Assembly (NCBI RefSeq): GCF_006345805.1 | Contig: NC_043003.1 | Location: forward strand, 109,058,001-109,122,000 | Length of the DNA stretch: 64,000 nt | Origin: Octopus sinensis | Taxonomy: Eukaryota | Direction: 5' to 3' | The notes under the pieces: generated by a model | Database searches by the model: none | The model's input: only the letters and a program-made list of their open reading frames with translations | What the model was told of the DNA's origin: nothing | In this document: piece by piece, positions 11,884 to 24,326 of the stretch | Layout: each line of letters starts with the position of its first letter | How positions within the stretch are numbered: position 1 is the first letter of the stretch | Translations under genes and position numbers: made by a program

Positions 11884-11935
11884 GTCTCTGATGAAGGGAT
11901 ATTATTAATTAATATTCTAGAAACAGCTGTAAGAC
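11884..11935 (+). ncRNA. Minimal type I hammerhead motif with palindromic stem III
   Basis: GTCT-CTGATGA-AGGGATATTA(TTAAT)TAATATTCTA-GAAAC-AGCT-GTA-AGAC. Confidence 0.7.
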
Positions 11936-12779
11936 CTTCTATCTATAAATGCTCTAATATCTATTCAGCCTTGGTTTTTTTTATCTCATTACGCAAGAAA
12001 TTCTTATATATATCTTCCTGTATACATGTAAAAAGAGAAGGCAGACCTTAAGTATTCAGATGACTAACAATCAAGTATGAATATATATTTTTTTTTATAG
12101 AGCAAAGTACTCAGATTACATCGACTCAAAGAATTAGAACGGAGAATGTGTTACAAGTCCGTCAGCTGTTTCTGAGGGCTCGGACTTACTTCAAAATGTT
12201 AGCAGATGTAGTTCGTCAAAAATTTGCAGCCAGTAATGGAAGCAAATAAACGCTGGTAAAATCCAGACCCTTCTTGATCAGGGTGGATAGATAAGCGTCT
12301 AACGTACCACATCACTATGCAGGGAAATTTAAAGAAAGAATCGGTATAGTAGAAGGCAAGGAAGAGGTTGTGTGAGTAAAGATATCAGAGTGTAAGTTCA
12401 AATCATTTGAGTGCTACTGTATTCTATATTGAGATTCTCTTAATTTCGTCTGTTGATTCAATGTGTATGTGTGTGTGTGCGTGTGTATAAATTAACACGC
12501 ACGCACACGCACACACACACGTACACACACACACACGCATGCACACTGTACTTTGCAATAATTTACAGTTAACAGCAAAGTGATTTAGTGCTCAATAAAG
12601 TCGTGGGGTAATCATAACGCAATAAAATAAGTAACATCTGACAATTAAGTTTGGAGTTATTCCACTTAAATGTCTATGTTGCAACTTCTTCACGAATAAC
12701 ACCTGAAATGATTCCAAGATTAGTCAAACAACTCCAAATTTAATTGTCAGCTTTTATTCCTATAGTATTACGCGCACAA

Positions 12780-13145
<366 letters not shown>

Positions 13146-13931
13146 TTTATGAGTTTGCTATGAATAAGTTTCAACTTACTGGCTAATATGATTTAATAAA
13201 CTCGATTTTATTAATAGCATAAAGTCCCGCCATCTCTAAATGCATAAATGTTATCTAAAATTTTGATTATCATTAGTAAATATTGGTTTCAAATTTTGGC
13301 ACATGGTCAGCAAAATCGGGGATGGGAGGTGAGACAAGGCAATTACATTGACCCCAGTTCGCAAATGGTACTTATTGTATCGACCTCGAAAGGTTGAAAG
13401 GCAACTTCGGCCTCGGCGGGATTTGAACTCGGAATATAAAGACGTACGCGCTAACGATTCTGCCAGCTCCCCGCGTTAACATTACTAAATGTCGATAAAA
13501 TCAAATTTTGGTACAAGGCGAGCACTTTCGGAGGAGGGGGTAAGTTGATTACATCGATCTCAGTTCTCGACTGATACTTATTTTATCGACCCCGAAACGA
13601 TGAAAATTACTAAATAATAAGCACAAAACATGCTCGTATCGATATATCATAAGTGTTGTAAAATGTATATTAGAATATATTTTACGTAGTATTGAATTTA
13701 AATATACTTTATATAACGCAAACAGTAACTGATATAGAACCAATACAATGGTAGAGTGGATAAATGTTGTTACTTATATGGAAAGTTGACGGTTTACTCC
13801 GTGTGTGTGTGCGCGTGCGTGCATAGGCTCGAAACGTAAAAGACTTTTTCTATTCATGAGCGTTATACTAATACATCTGTTTGTTTTGTACACTACCTGT
13901 CTTCGTATTTTGTTTTTTTTTCGTAAACTCT

Positions 13932-13970
<39 letters not shown>

Positions 13971-13972
<2 letters not shown>

Positions 13973-14494
13973 GTAATTCCTCGAGTATAATCCGTTTTTT
14001 TATCCCCAAAATTTAAAGGTCCAAATCCCTAGTGCGTACTATATACGAGGTTAAAAATGAAAAATATTGTCTAAGCAATGTTCGAGTCTCTATTTGCTGT
14101 CCGGCAATATTTATTCAGACGCATTTTGTGATGCCGAGCACGAAAATACCTTAAGCTAAACCTGAAAGCAATGAAGTCATAAAAGGATCATCCATAACTT
14201 GCAGTAAAGCAACATTTATTAAAATAAAAGTATTCAGAACACACAATAACATGTAACAAAAACAATTTGCAAACATATTTACATTCCCATATAACAGTTA
14301 AGAACATCACCATTATTGTATTACGCATGCGCGGAAGTGTTTGTTCGACTTGGTGCTGCTGGCTTAATTACTCACGACTCAAGTTAGAGAATGGGTGCGT
14401 ATTACACACAAGGTTTAGGTTTTTCTGTGGTACAGCCCCCTAAAAATTCCCTGCGTATTATACTCAAGAGCGGACTATACTCGAGGATTTACGG
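13971..14494 (+). mobile_element. pogo/Tigger-like MITE, copy 1
   Basis: TA|CCGTAATTCCTCGAGTATA ... TATACTCGAGGATTTACGG|TA. A near-identical copy lies at 26992-27514. Confidence 0.85.
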
Positions 14495-15501
14495 TACGTG
14501 TGTGAGCGCGTGTGCTTATCAAAAGGAAGAACACTAAGCAGTAATGATTGGAATATTGGCGTGTACGTTTGTATTTAATATGTTCGTGTACACAAACATG
14601 TTTATGTACTCAAGCGTTCATGTACATAAAACGTACTCACTGGAGAAGCTCTCTTGGGTGAGAAATTCTATCTGTAGAGAGTGCATGCGAAAAACACAGT
14701 ATTAAGCTATGAATTACATCATCGGATCATAGCGCACATCATTACGCTCCATCAACGGACCGCTAAGAACTGCGTTTCTCATGTTTAAACAGCATACAAT
14801 AGATTTGTTTGCGTGTGAGAAGCTTTTTCAATTTAGAATTAAATAGAGGTACCCCAAGCAGTGGTATTTGAAATATAGGTATGTGAAATTATATTGAACT
14901 CGTTCGTATAAAATGAGACATGAAAAGACATTCTTTGGAGCAACTCGAGAAAGAAATTCTCCCTATAGACAATCCATGCGAAAAACATAAGCTGTGTACA
15001 TTCAAATGATGACATTGTCTATAAGAATTTCCCTCCTGAAACTGTGTCTGCATCCACGGTCTTTCCACTTTTGAATGTACACGAACGTGTTAAATATAAA
15101 AGTAAACATTTATATTTCAATGATCTTAGCGAGATGTGTATGTGTAACCTTATTAGTGTAAAGGTGTGTTAAAGGGTAAGGTTATATTGTTATAAGAAGA
15201 CCCCACACAATTATTAATCTTTGCTCGGTAAGCTGCATTAAGCAGGAAAGCAGCTGTTGTTCACGCTGCAAACGAGAAGCAGGGCATCCATTGTGCTGAA
15301 TTAGTCTCTGTTCATTCTTTAAATGCAGTTTATATTATTTACCCTCTTCTTCTTTGTACTGTTATTTTCTATTTCCGTTTTTCGTTGTTCTTGAAACTTT
15401 TTGAGGGTATTTCATTACCATCACGCTGATGTAGATATCTAGATGATTACCACTGGATTATAATCTAAGTTTTGTGTTTTATCTTTGTCTACTTCTAAAT
15501 A

Positions 15502-16069
15502 TTGGGTTGTCTGGAAAGTTCGTGCCGATTTTTAAAGGAAAGAAAAAGGTTAATAAATACTTGCCATTACATTTTTAATGAACAAAATATGAACCATTTT
15601 GTTGCACAATACATCTCCATCTTTCCTTTAACTTGAAAATATCCTCTTCCCAGAACTGAGGTGGTTTCATGGCAAAGAACTCATCAAGGTATCTTTTTTA
15701 CGTCATCCAAAGGAATTGAAATTTTTACCATTAAGATTATTCTGCAGAGACCTGGTTAAGTGGAAGTCCGAAGGAACAATATCTGGTGAATATGGAGGGT
15801 GGGGTAACACATCCCAGCCGAGCTGCAGCAATTTTTGTCTGGTTCCCAAAGCATCAAGTGCCGAAAATGAACTTTCTTATCTTCCATTTTAAAGGGTTAC
15901 AGAATTAACACAGGTTATAGGAACATAAGCCTTCTTCCACGAAAAGATAGCTTAAACTGTGCTCTAAATGGAGGTGTAGTCAAATCCTGTTTTATGGACT
16001 CAACCATGTTCTAAAATAAGTCGAAAGGTAAGCTGCTATAAATTGGCAAGAACTTTCCAGACAACCCAA
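15502..16069 (-). mobile_element. Internally deleted mariner element with both TIRs
   Basis: TA|TTGGGTTGTCTGGAAAGTTC...GAACTTTCCAGACAACCCAA|TA. The minus strand encodes MEDKKVHFRHLM and LGWDVLPHPPYSPDIVPSDFHL...ERWRCIVQQNGSY. Confidence 0.9.
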
Positions 16070-16629
16070 TACTTATTTGTTCAATGTTACAGAAATACTT
16101 TTATTGCGCCACCAACGAAAACTTGACATCACAGTTAAAGTCCTGAACCAATGTGTTTCCCCAATACCTCCTGTTTCCTAACTCATTCTAACGACGGAAT
16201 TTTCCTTTATTTCCTTATAAATGGATACATAGAGGGGACAAACAAGCACAGACGCATTCGTTACACAATTTTAAAGCGGATGGGTTTATATATGTAAGAC
16301 GAATGATTTGAAAATAAAAATATAAATGATCCTTATATAACCGTTTATTCAGGTTAGTGAACTAACCCGCCGCTTGACTTCCTTTTGGTACTCATTCTAA
16401 CGACGGACTGACAACAAAATGCTGCTTGGACATTACATCGGATATAATAGGTTCCTTTCTCACAGTTTTTCAACCGTGGCTTCCCCTTCCGTACATCAGC
16501 ACTTTTCTCCTTTTCTTAGTTTTCAATCTGAAGATCCTTTCAAATGTTCTAGGGCCTCCACAGAGAGGGGAGAATATATAGCTCCTTCTCAAAATGACTG
16601 ATTTAGAAAAAAATTACAAAATGGTAACG

Positions 16630-16912
16630 ACTATCACCCTCTCCACCATTGCCACCACTGTGACGATGACGACGACGGCGGCGACCACCACCACCACCAC
16701 CACTACCACGACAATGATGACGACCACTACCACTGCAACTACCACGACCACTACTACCACCACCACCACCACCACCACCACTATCACTACCACCACACCA
16801 CCATCAACACTACAGTTACCTTCACAAATACCTAACAATGAACGCAGCTACCACCATACCACCGCCGCCATCACCACCACCACCGCCAACAACAACAACA
16901 ACAAGACCTATG
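16630..16912. repeat. (ACC/ACT/ACG)n and (ACA)n trinucleotide low-complexity tract
   Basis: Direct reading. It produces a poly-Thr ORF artefact. Confidence 0.85.
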
Positions 16913-18128
16913 TTTTGCTGCAACACAATAACCAGTTCTAAAATTGGGCACACTAGTAGAAAGAACATAACAGCCTCGAAGTAACAAAAGATAGCAGCAA
17001 CACTTACAACAACAACAACAACACAAAAAGAATAACAAGACAAGAAGTTAATAAAGCATCCAAGCCATTAATTACATTATAAATACATCCCTAGCAATTA
17101 AAAAGACATCTCGTTTATCGATTCCTTGTTATTATGTAATTACATACGAAGCGTTCCTTCCTCAGTTGTGCTTTTTCTCTTCGTTCACTGTTAAATCTAT
17201 TCGATTCTACCAGCGAATGTATCGTTATTGTTTCATTTAGTTCTTTACTACTAATCTCATTTGTTGAACACTACTTGTTATTATTTACTTGTTTTATAGT
17301 TACTGTTGTTGTTGTTGTCATTATGTTTGGGCGCCATCTGTATAACAAAACCAATAGTAATGTTTCATAGAAGAGAACTGAATTCGCGATTCAGTTAGTA
17401 CTAACTGTTTCCCCTGTTTCAAGTCATTTCAAGCTATTGAAATTTCAGTTATGGCAGGCGTACTCATGGCTGGGTGATCGGGTCGAGAAGTATATATATA
17501 TATATATATATATTTACATATTTTAAATAGTGTACAGTTAAACACAAAAGAAAACTACCCTTTAACAGGTAATATGTTGTCAATTGACTATTTATACATG
17601 CTAGGCCACTGGTAGTGATATTTATAACGAATATTTGCTACGCTATATATGTATGTATGTATGTATGTATCTATCTATCTATATATATGTATGTATGTAT
17701 GTATATATATATATATATATATATATACAAATTGAGATAGGGGTTGTAAATGCAACCCTCCATGGGATAACATATATCCAATATACTGCTAGTGAAGTAC
17801 CCAACAAAGTTAATACATAAATGTTAAGAATTGTGATGCAATTAATTCATTTACTGTATTATATGGGCAAAGGTAAAATGTTTTACCACAAATTCATAAT
17901 ACAAAATAAGAAAATGGACAAATACATCCAAATCAAATATCAATTACCAGATAATACCTAATCACATACTTTATTAAACCACCACATAAGAAACTTTAAG
18001 GTCAAACATAATAATATAGGACAAAACAGTGTACATAAAGGAGTAATGTGATACAATAAGTACAATATGTATAAGAGAATATAAATTTAAGTAAATATAA
18101 ATATAAAATAAATATAAATATAAACTAC

Positions 18129-18255
18129 ATCTTACAACTGTTTCGGCCATGCAGATAAGTATGTCTCTTTTTACTTATATTAGCCATTTATGGTAGGTCA
18201 ATATGTAGTTATAAATGAGACATTTACAAAAATATCCTAAGGCCTCTTCGGAAAT
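18129..18255 (-). ncRNA. Type I hammerhead-like motif, CCGAAGA core variant
   Basis: Minus strand: ATTT-CCGAAGA-GGCC...GGCC-GAAAC-AGTT-GTA-AGAT. Confidence 0.55.
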
Positions 18256-18844
18256 TATGTGATACAAATCAGATTACATATACACTTATATAGGTGTGGG
18301 TACATACCCATAATAAAACATATACATATACATATGAGTGAATATACTCATACTCCCATACATATAAATATACATATACATGATAATATAAATAATATAA
18401 ATCAATAAACATACATATGTTCCATATTCAATGTTACAGTTTTTCAACTTAATATTGTGATATTACAATGTAGAAAACATACACATTTTAATACCCAAAT
18501 GCAGATATACAGAGTCAAGAGTACATTATATTATTTTATATTAATTTACAAAATGTCATTAATGTTAACATCATTACTGTTACCACTAATGCTACCAATA
18601 TCATTATTCTTATTATTAATAACACCAATACTAGCAAAACAATATATAGATCCCATTATTAACGATATAATAGCAAAACTAAGGACCACAATAGTACTAC
18701 AGTATCATGCAAAGCATTAAATATCTGTATATACATACAAAATAAGAAATAAAAGTATTCGGTTTACATGATATTAAGATCCACTGGTGCATAGATGTAC
18801 AAACGAGTGCAAATTTATAATTTCAATTGTATATATATATATTG

Positions 18845-18897
<53 letters not shown>

Positions 18898-18909
18898 CTT
18901 CAACCATTT

Positions 18910-18969
18910 GAGTCTGACGAGTCGCCTATACTACTAAGCGCTTTATAAGTGCGAAACTAACGGTCACTC
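18910..18969 (+). ncRNA. Minimal type I hammerhead motif (intact core)
   Basis: GAGT-CTGACGA-GTCGCCTATA...TATAAGTGC-GAAAC-TAACG-GTC-ACTC. Confidence 0.7.
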
Positions 18970-19065
18970 TATGACCGGTCATAACTTTTAACTTCCCAAT
19001 ATATAAATATATATAGCAGAAATGGCAGAGGCGGAAAATGGAATACACGGGAAACTTTATTGATG

Positions 19066-19171
19066 ATCACGACGATCGTTTCGACACGTCCTGCATTGCT
19101 CCCTCGCTGGTGGGAATCTATACAATTAATTTCGGTCCATCCTACGGTGCAGAGGTATCTTGTCAGGTGAT
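19066..19171 (-). ncRNA. Type I hammerhead motif with a single core change (CTGACAA) and palindromic stem III
   Basis: Minus strand: ATCAC-CTGACAA-GATAC...GTGTC-GAAAC-GATC-GTC-GTGAT, followed by AATAAA. Confidence 0.7.
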
Positions 19172-19608
19172 GTAATAGTGTGTACTGTGTTACATAACAA
19201 TGTTTCGTTCGTTTGGATTCATTAGAGCATGTTGTTAATGGTCGTAGCTTAAATACATTGAGAAGAAATGGCTAGGAACAGGTTTAGTTGTGAAGCTGTA
19301 TTTACAAACAGGATGTAATTGAGGAAAATACAAAGAATAAAGAAAATAAAACATGCAATAAAGTAAAATAAAGTAAAGCATTAAGTGTGTCAGTACCCAT
19401 CACACTGTTAGTCCTTTACACACACACACACAGCCGCTGTGTCATATTCGTAGATCAGCATATGACAATAAATCTATCGATAGTTATCCAGCCATCCGAG
19501 CGTGACATCGGTGGACCAGACAGCATGCTTAAAAGATGATATGGTCAGAACTCTTAATGGCTATTTAGTATATACATATATCCGAACATATGCCTATATC
19601 AGTGGATT

Positions 19609-19644
<36 letters not shown>

Positions 19645-20049
19645 TATATATAAATCCGTTCTGTGTGTTTGTGTGTGTGTGTGTCTTCTCAGATCTTGGG
19701 CATCCTCCATCCGATTGCGCTCAAAATTGATATGTAGATACCGACGGTATCAGGGCGTGTATAAGTTTTGTCGTAAATGTTCTACAGAAAGATATGAACC
19801 TTACACAGTTCTCTTTGTCTCTTCTCATTGTGTAATTATTATGGCTTTGTAACTAAGTCACATATTGGAAGAGACCTTCATATAATGTTTGATGTATTAT
19901 TTGTTGTTGAGTTATTTTCTGCTTTTGTTGTTTAACTCCAGGTCATCCATCCAGATGTGTGTGTGTGTGTGTGTCTGTGTGTGTGTGGGTTGTTGCACTC
20001 ACGATCTGGCGATCGTGGGTTCGATTCCCAGGCTGGCAGTGCACTGTAT

Positions 20050-20573
20050 ACATACGAAAAGAGAAACTGTGCACAGTTGAGGAATTTAGCTGCTCAGCCG
20101 ATGTTAACCTAAAGCCGAAGAACAGAAGAAGAGAATATCGACGCTGAACTATTGAGAAATCTGCAGTTACTCTATTCAGTTTACAAGTTCAGGTTTATAC
20201 CTGTAATTATTGGGGCCCCGGGATATATAACACACTGCCTAAATACCAATCTTGAGAAATTAGGCTTCTCAAACTAGAAAGAAGGCTAATTCGAAGACTA
20301 CAGATCCAATCCATCACTGGAATTATAAAAATCTGTATTAATTTCCAGAAGTTTATTATTTAAATATATATATGAGTATGTCTAGATATGCAATTATATA
20401 CATACATAAAACAAAACATACAAATCTGCACAAATACATACATAGATGCATATACACAAACAAGTATATATACCCTGTTGTTGATGTTCAAATTCCAATG
20501 AAGGAGCCTTGGATCTATGTTAGAAACCGGCTCTTTCTCTATTGACAAGAAATCTTGAAATAAAACTGAATGA
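20050..20573 (+). mobile_element. 3' end of an R4/Dong-like LINE with restriction-like endonuclease
   Basis: KEKLCTVEEFSCSADVN...AELLRNLQLLYSVYKFRFIPVIIGAPGYITHCLNTNLEKLGFS...LQIQSITGIIKIC, then a 3' UTR. Confidence 0.7.
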
Positions 20574-20787
20574 CGCGCACGCGAGCACATGCACATACAC
20601 AGACACACACACGCACATGCACACACACACACACACACACAATTTGTGTGTGTATAGCTCCACGTCTTTCTATTTCAACTTTTGAAAATCAGAGAACTCT
20701 GTGAAGCCGGTTAAGTCTTTAAAACCGTAAAAAAAACTAAACGAATCTCAGTGTATTCCAATATCTATCTATCTATCTATCTATCTA

Positions 20788-22222
20788 GTACCTCCCCTCC
20801 ACTAAACCCCTATAGAATGCTTTGGTTGTGTTGAAGTCACTAAGGTCGACCCAGGACGGCAGACTTGCTTGAGAGCAACGCGACACTCGCGGTGCCATTC
20901 GCCTTCCTCGGCCTCTTTTTGATCCACGACTGCAGTTCGGTCATGGAGACGAGCTGCGGGAAAGCGTGCCTCACAAACGGCGACCAACCTATGTAGACGA
21001 CGGTGAACAGGTGTGGTCGCCGTTTGTGAGGCACGCTTTCCCGCAGCTCGTCTCCATGACCGAACTGCAGTCGTGGATCAAAAAGAGGCCGAGGAAGGGG
21101 AATGGCACCGCGAGTGTCGCGTTGCTCTCAAGCAAGTCTGCCGTCCTGGGTCGACCTTAAGTGACTTCAACACAACCAAAGCATTCTATAGGGGTTTAGT
21201 GGAGGGGAGGGAGGTACGACGACGAGCTCGGGGCGAACCTGGACGTCGACGAGGAGTACCTGACCGCCTGTCGGGACGACTTTCGGGCCAGGGCCCATGG
21301 ACAACTTCCAGAGATCCCTGGCCTGGCAGTGCTACCGAGAAGCGCTACCGTTGGGATAAGCTCTACAGACACGGCTCGAGAAACACGGGGCCGACCTGCC
21401 CGAGATGCGGTCAGAGCGACGAAACGTTCTACACGCACTCGTTCAGTGTCCAACAATTTCCGACCTGTGGGCTTATGTCGAACAACTGCTGTCACGTGTG
21501 GGACGAGTCGGTTATCAGCTGAGTCTATCGTCAATATTGTCACGCCTCCTTCCTTCAAACGGGAAGGAAGAGCTATTTTCATCATCCTTGTGGCTATGGC
21601 GAAAGAATGTATCTGGTGGACGCGTCTGAAAGGATTGGAGACAAACACTTTCCTCTCTGGTCAATCTCTCATCAACTTCTTCAAGTACCACTTGAAAAGG
21701 AAAGTGAGAGTAGAGAGGCAAGTTTTGTCTAGCGAATGTTTTAAAAAAAGATGGGTGAATGTTGCAAGAATGGCACGTATGAATGACGAAGCCACCTTGA
21801 GCATAGTCCTATGAACCCAGAAATCGAAAACAGAGAGTTACTTATTGCAAAAAAAAAAAAAAAAAAAAAAAGAAATATAAAATGTGACTTCATTGACCGA
21901 GGTTACCGTGGTCTTTTCCGTAGGCTTTTCTTTCCACGGGTAAACCTCACCTGTCCTCCCCTTTACACTTCATATTGACATTTCGTGTGATAACGATCCC
22001 TATTGATCATTTTTTTTTTTTTTTTTTTTTTTTTTCCTCTCCCCCCTTTTTTTTTTTTTTTTTTTTTTTACCCCCTTTTTTTTGTCCTCTTTCTCTCCTT
22101 TTACGATCCTTTTGATCGAACCTCCCCCTTCCTATTTTTTTTTTTTTTAATACCTTCAAAAGAAAAGCTCTACCTTGTAATTTGTTCTATCTGTGTGCAG
22201 CCCTGTGTGGCTAATAAAGAAA
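20788..22222 (+). mobile_element. 5'-truncated Tx1/L1-clade LINE (ORF2 C-terminus plus 3' UTR) with an inverted duplication of its 5' end
   Basis: Frameshifted ORF2 from 20991 to 21814 includes the CCHC knuckle CPRCGQSDET..HALVQC and AKECIWWTR. AATAAA lies at ~22213. Segment 20788-20990 is the reverse complement of 21009-21217. Confidence 0.85.
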
Positions 22223-22223
22223 C

Positions 22224-22242
22224 ATATCTATCTATCTATCTA

Positions 22243-22309
<67 letters not shown>

Positions 22310-22408
22310 GTCTGTCGTCTGTTGTCTGTCTGTATGTCTGTTTGTTGTCATCTATCTATCTGTTGTCTGTCTGTCTGTCTATCTATCTATCTCTCTATCT
22401 ATCTATCT

Positions 22409-22446
<38 letters not shown>

Positions 22447-22458
22447 ATCTATCTATCT

Positions 22459-22496
<38 letters not shown>

Positions 22497-22537
22497 CATC
22501 CATCCATCCATCTATCTATCTATCTATTATCTATCTA

Positions 22538-22616
<79 letters not shown>

Positions 22617-22673
22617 GTCTGTCTGTCTGTCTGTCTGTCTGTATGTCTGTATGTCTGTTTGTCTGTCTATCTA

Positions 22674-22751
<78 letters not shown>
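22224..22751. repeat. (TCTA)n/(TCTG)n compound microsatellite
   Basis: Direct reading. Confidence 0.95.
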
Positions 22752-22752
<1 letters not shown>

Positions 22753-22818
22753 CGTCAGTAGTTCGTATATCCGAAAAAGAAGTACACTCTAAAGTATTAG
22801 AGCAATAAAGTATACTTT

Positions 22819-22924
22819 TTAGGCAGTTGAAAGTTATGGCCAGGAGTCGCCTATACTGTTAAGCGCTTTATAGGTGCACAACCAATGGTCGCTCTGTGAT
22901 CCGTCATAACTTTTAACTTCCTAA
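22819..22924 (+). mobile_element. Short element with 20-bp imperfect terminal inverted repeats; sister of 18921-19000
   Basis: TTAGGCAGTTGAAAGTTATG...CATAACTTTTAACTTCCTAA. The internal GAGTCGCCTATACT..AAGCGCTTTATA is shared with the hammerhead-bearing copy. Confidence 0.55.
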
Positions 22925-23046
22925 TATATATATATATATATATATATATACACGTGTGTGTGTTGTGCATATATATATAGAGAGTATTATCCATATAATA
23001 CCATACAAAATTCTGGTGCCTCTGACTTAAGTACCATATTCATTTG

Positions 23047-23098
<52 letters not shown>

Positions 23099-23789
23099 AT
23101 ATGTGTGTGTGGTGGTGGGGTGTGTGTGTGGTGTGTGTGTGTGCGTGCATATATATATATATATATATACAAGGAAATTATTTCGTGTTGCAAACATTAT
23201 ATACTACCAAGTATATTACAGATTAACAAAGCCAATATTGCGTGTTACCCTGTGTTCGCAGGGCCATAGTCTTACTTTTAAGGTTGTCTCTATGGATTTT
23301 CCATAGATTTCAAAGACAGCATTCCAAAGAACTTGCCGTACTGGCTCTGAATTCTATAGAAAATCTATAGAAATGAATGTAAAAGTGATATGTGTGTGTG
23401 TCTGTGTGTGTGTCTCTGTGTGTGTGTGAAGGTGTGGATTCGATTCCAGACCCGGCGTTGTGTTGTGTTCTTGAGCAAAGTGCTTTATTTCACATTGCTC
23501 TGTGATAATTTCCTCATCTAACATGTGGCACCATTTGCACCTGCACAGGTAATGTCGATTTGATGGAGGGATTGAGCTTATCTTTACACAAACATCAGTG
23601 ATGTCGCAACTCATTTCTACAGCTGAGTTAACAGGAGAAACGTGAAATAAAGTGTCTTGCTCAAGAACACAACACAACACACAGCCCGGTCCGGGAATCG
23701 AACTCACAACGATCGTAAGCTCTACGCTCTAACCACTGAGCCATGCGACTTCACAATATATATATATATATATATCTTTATATATATAT

Positions 23790-23850
<61 letters not shown>

Positions 23851-23918
23851 TATATCTTTATATATTATATATATTATATATATATATATATATATAATAT
23901 ATATATATATAATATATA

Positions 23919-23976
<58 letters not shown>

Positions 23977-24040
23977 TATATAAATATATGTAAATATATA
24001 AATATATATAATATATAAACGCTAGCGTTTTCAAATAGCC

Positions 24041-24098
24041 AGATAACCGAAGAGATGTCATGGATTCCCACTTCGGCATCTGAAACTCAGTTTTATCT
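24041..24098 (+). ncRNA. Type I hammerhead-like motif, CCGAAGA core variant (degenerate)
   Basis: AGATAA-CCGAAGA-GATGTC...GGCATCT-GAAAC-TCA-GTT-TTATCT. Stem I is 6 bp and the cleavage triplet reads GUU. Confidence 0.5.
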
Positions 24099-24196
24099 TG
24101 ATTATCGAGTAATGTAAAATATTATTGTATAGATAAATTTCCTCTATTTACATAATATTGAGGTCTCTTTCTTTCTTTTGTTATCTTACCGTTTTA

Positions 24197-24268
<72 letters not shown>

Positions 24269-24326
24269 TTTATTTCTATTAGTTTATTTATCTGTGTATT
24301 TATTATGTTTTCGGGATCCTCTATCG

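Noticed and set aside
12155-12187. Minus-strand AAGTCC...GAAACAGCTGAC-GGACTT resembling a hammerhead with palindromic stem III
   Set aside because: The CTGANGA box is absent and the NUH site is altered, so it is too degenerate to support
14630-14700. CACTGGAGAAG and GAGAAATTCTATCTGTAGAGAGTGC suggestive of a C2H2 linker
   Set aside because: No frame gives CxxC...HxxxH spacing
16594-16941. 115-aa poly-Thr ORF resembling a mucin
   Set aside because: It is fully explained by ACN trinucleotide repeats, and no signal peptide, splice context or non-repetitive domain is evident
22003-22792. Long 252-aa and 199-aa ORFs (LSIY/LSVC repeats)
   Set aside because: These are translations of a stop-free (TCTA/TCTG)n microsatellite
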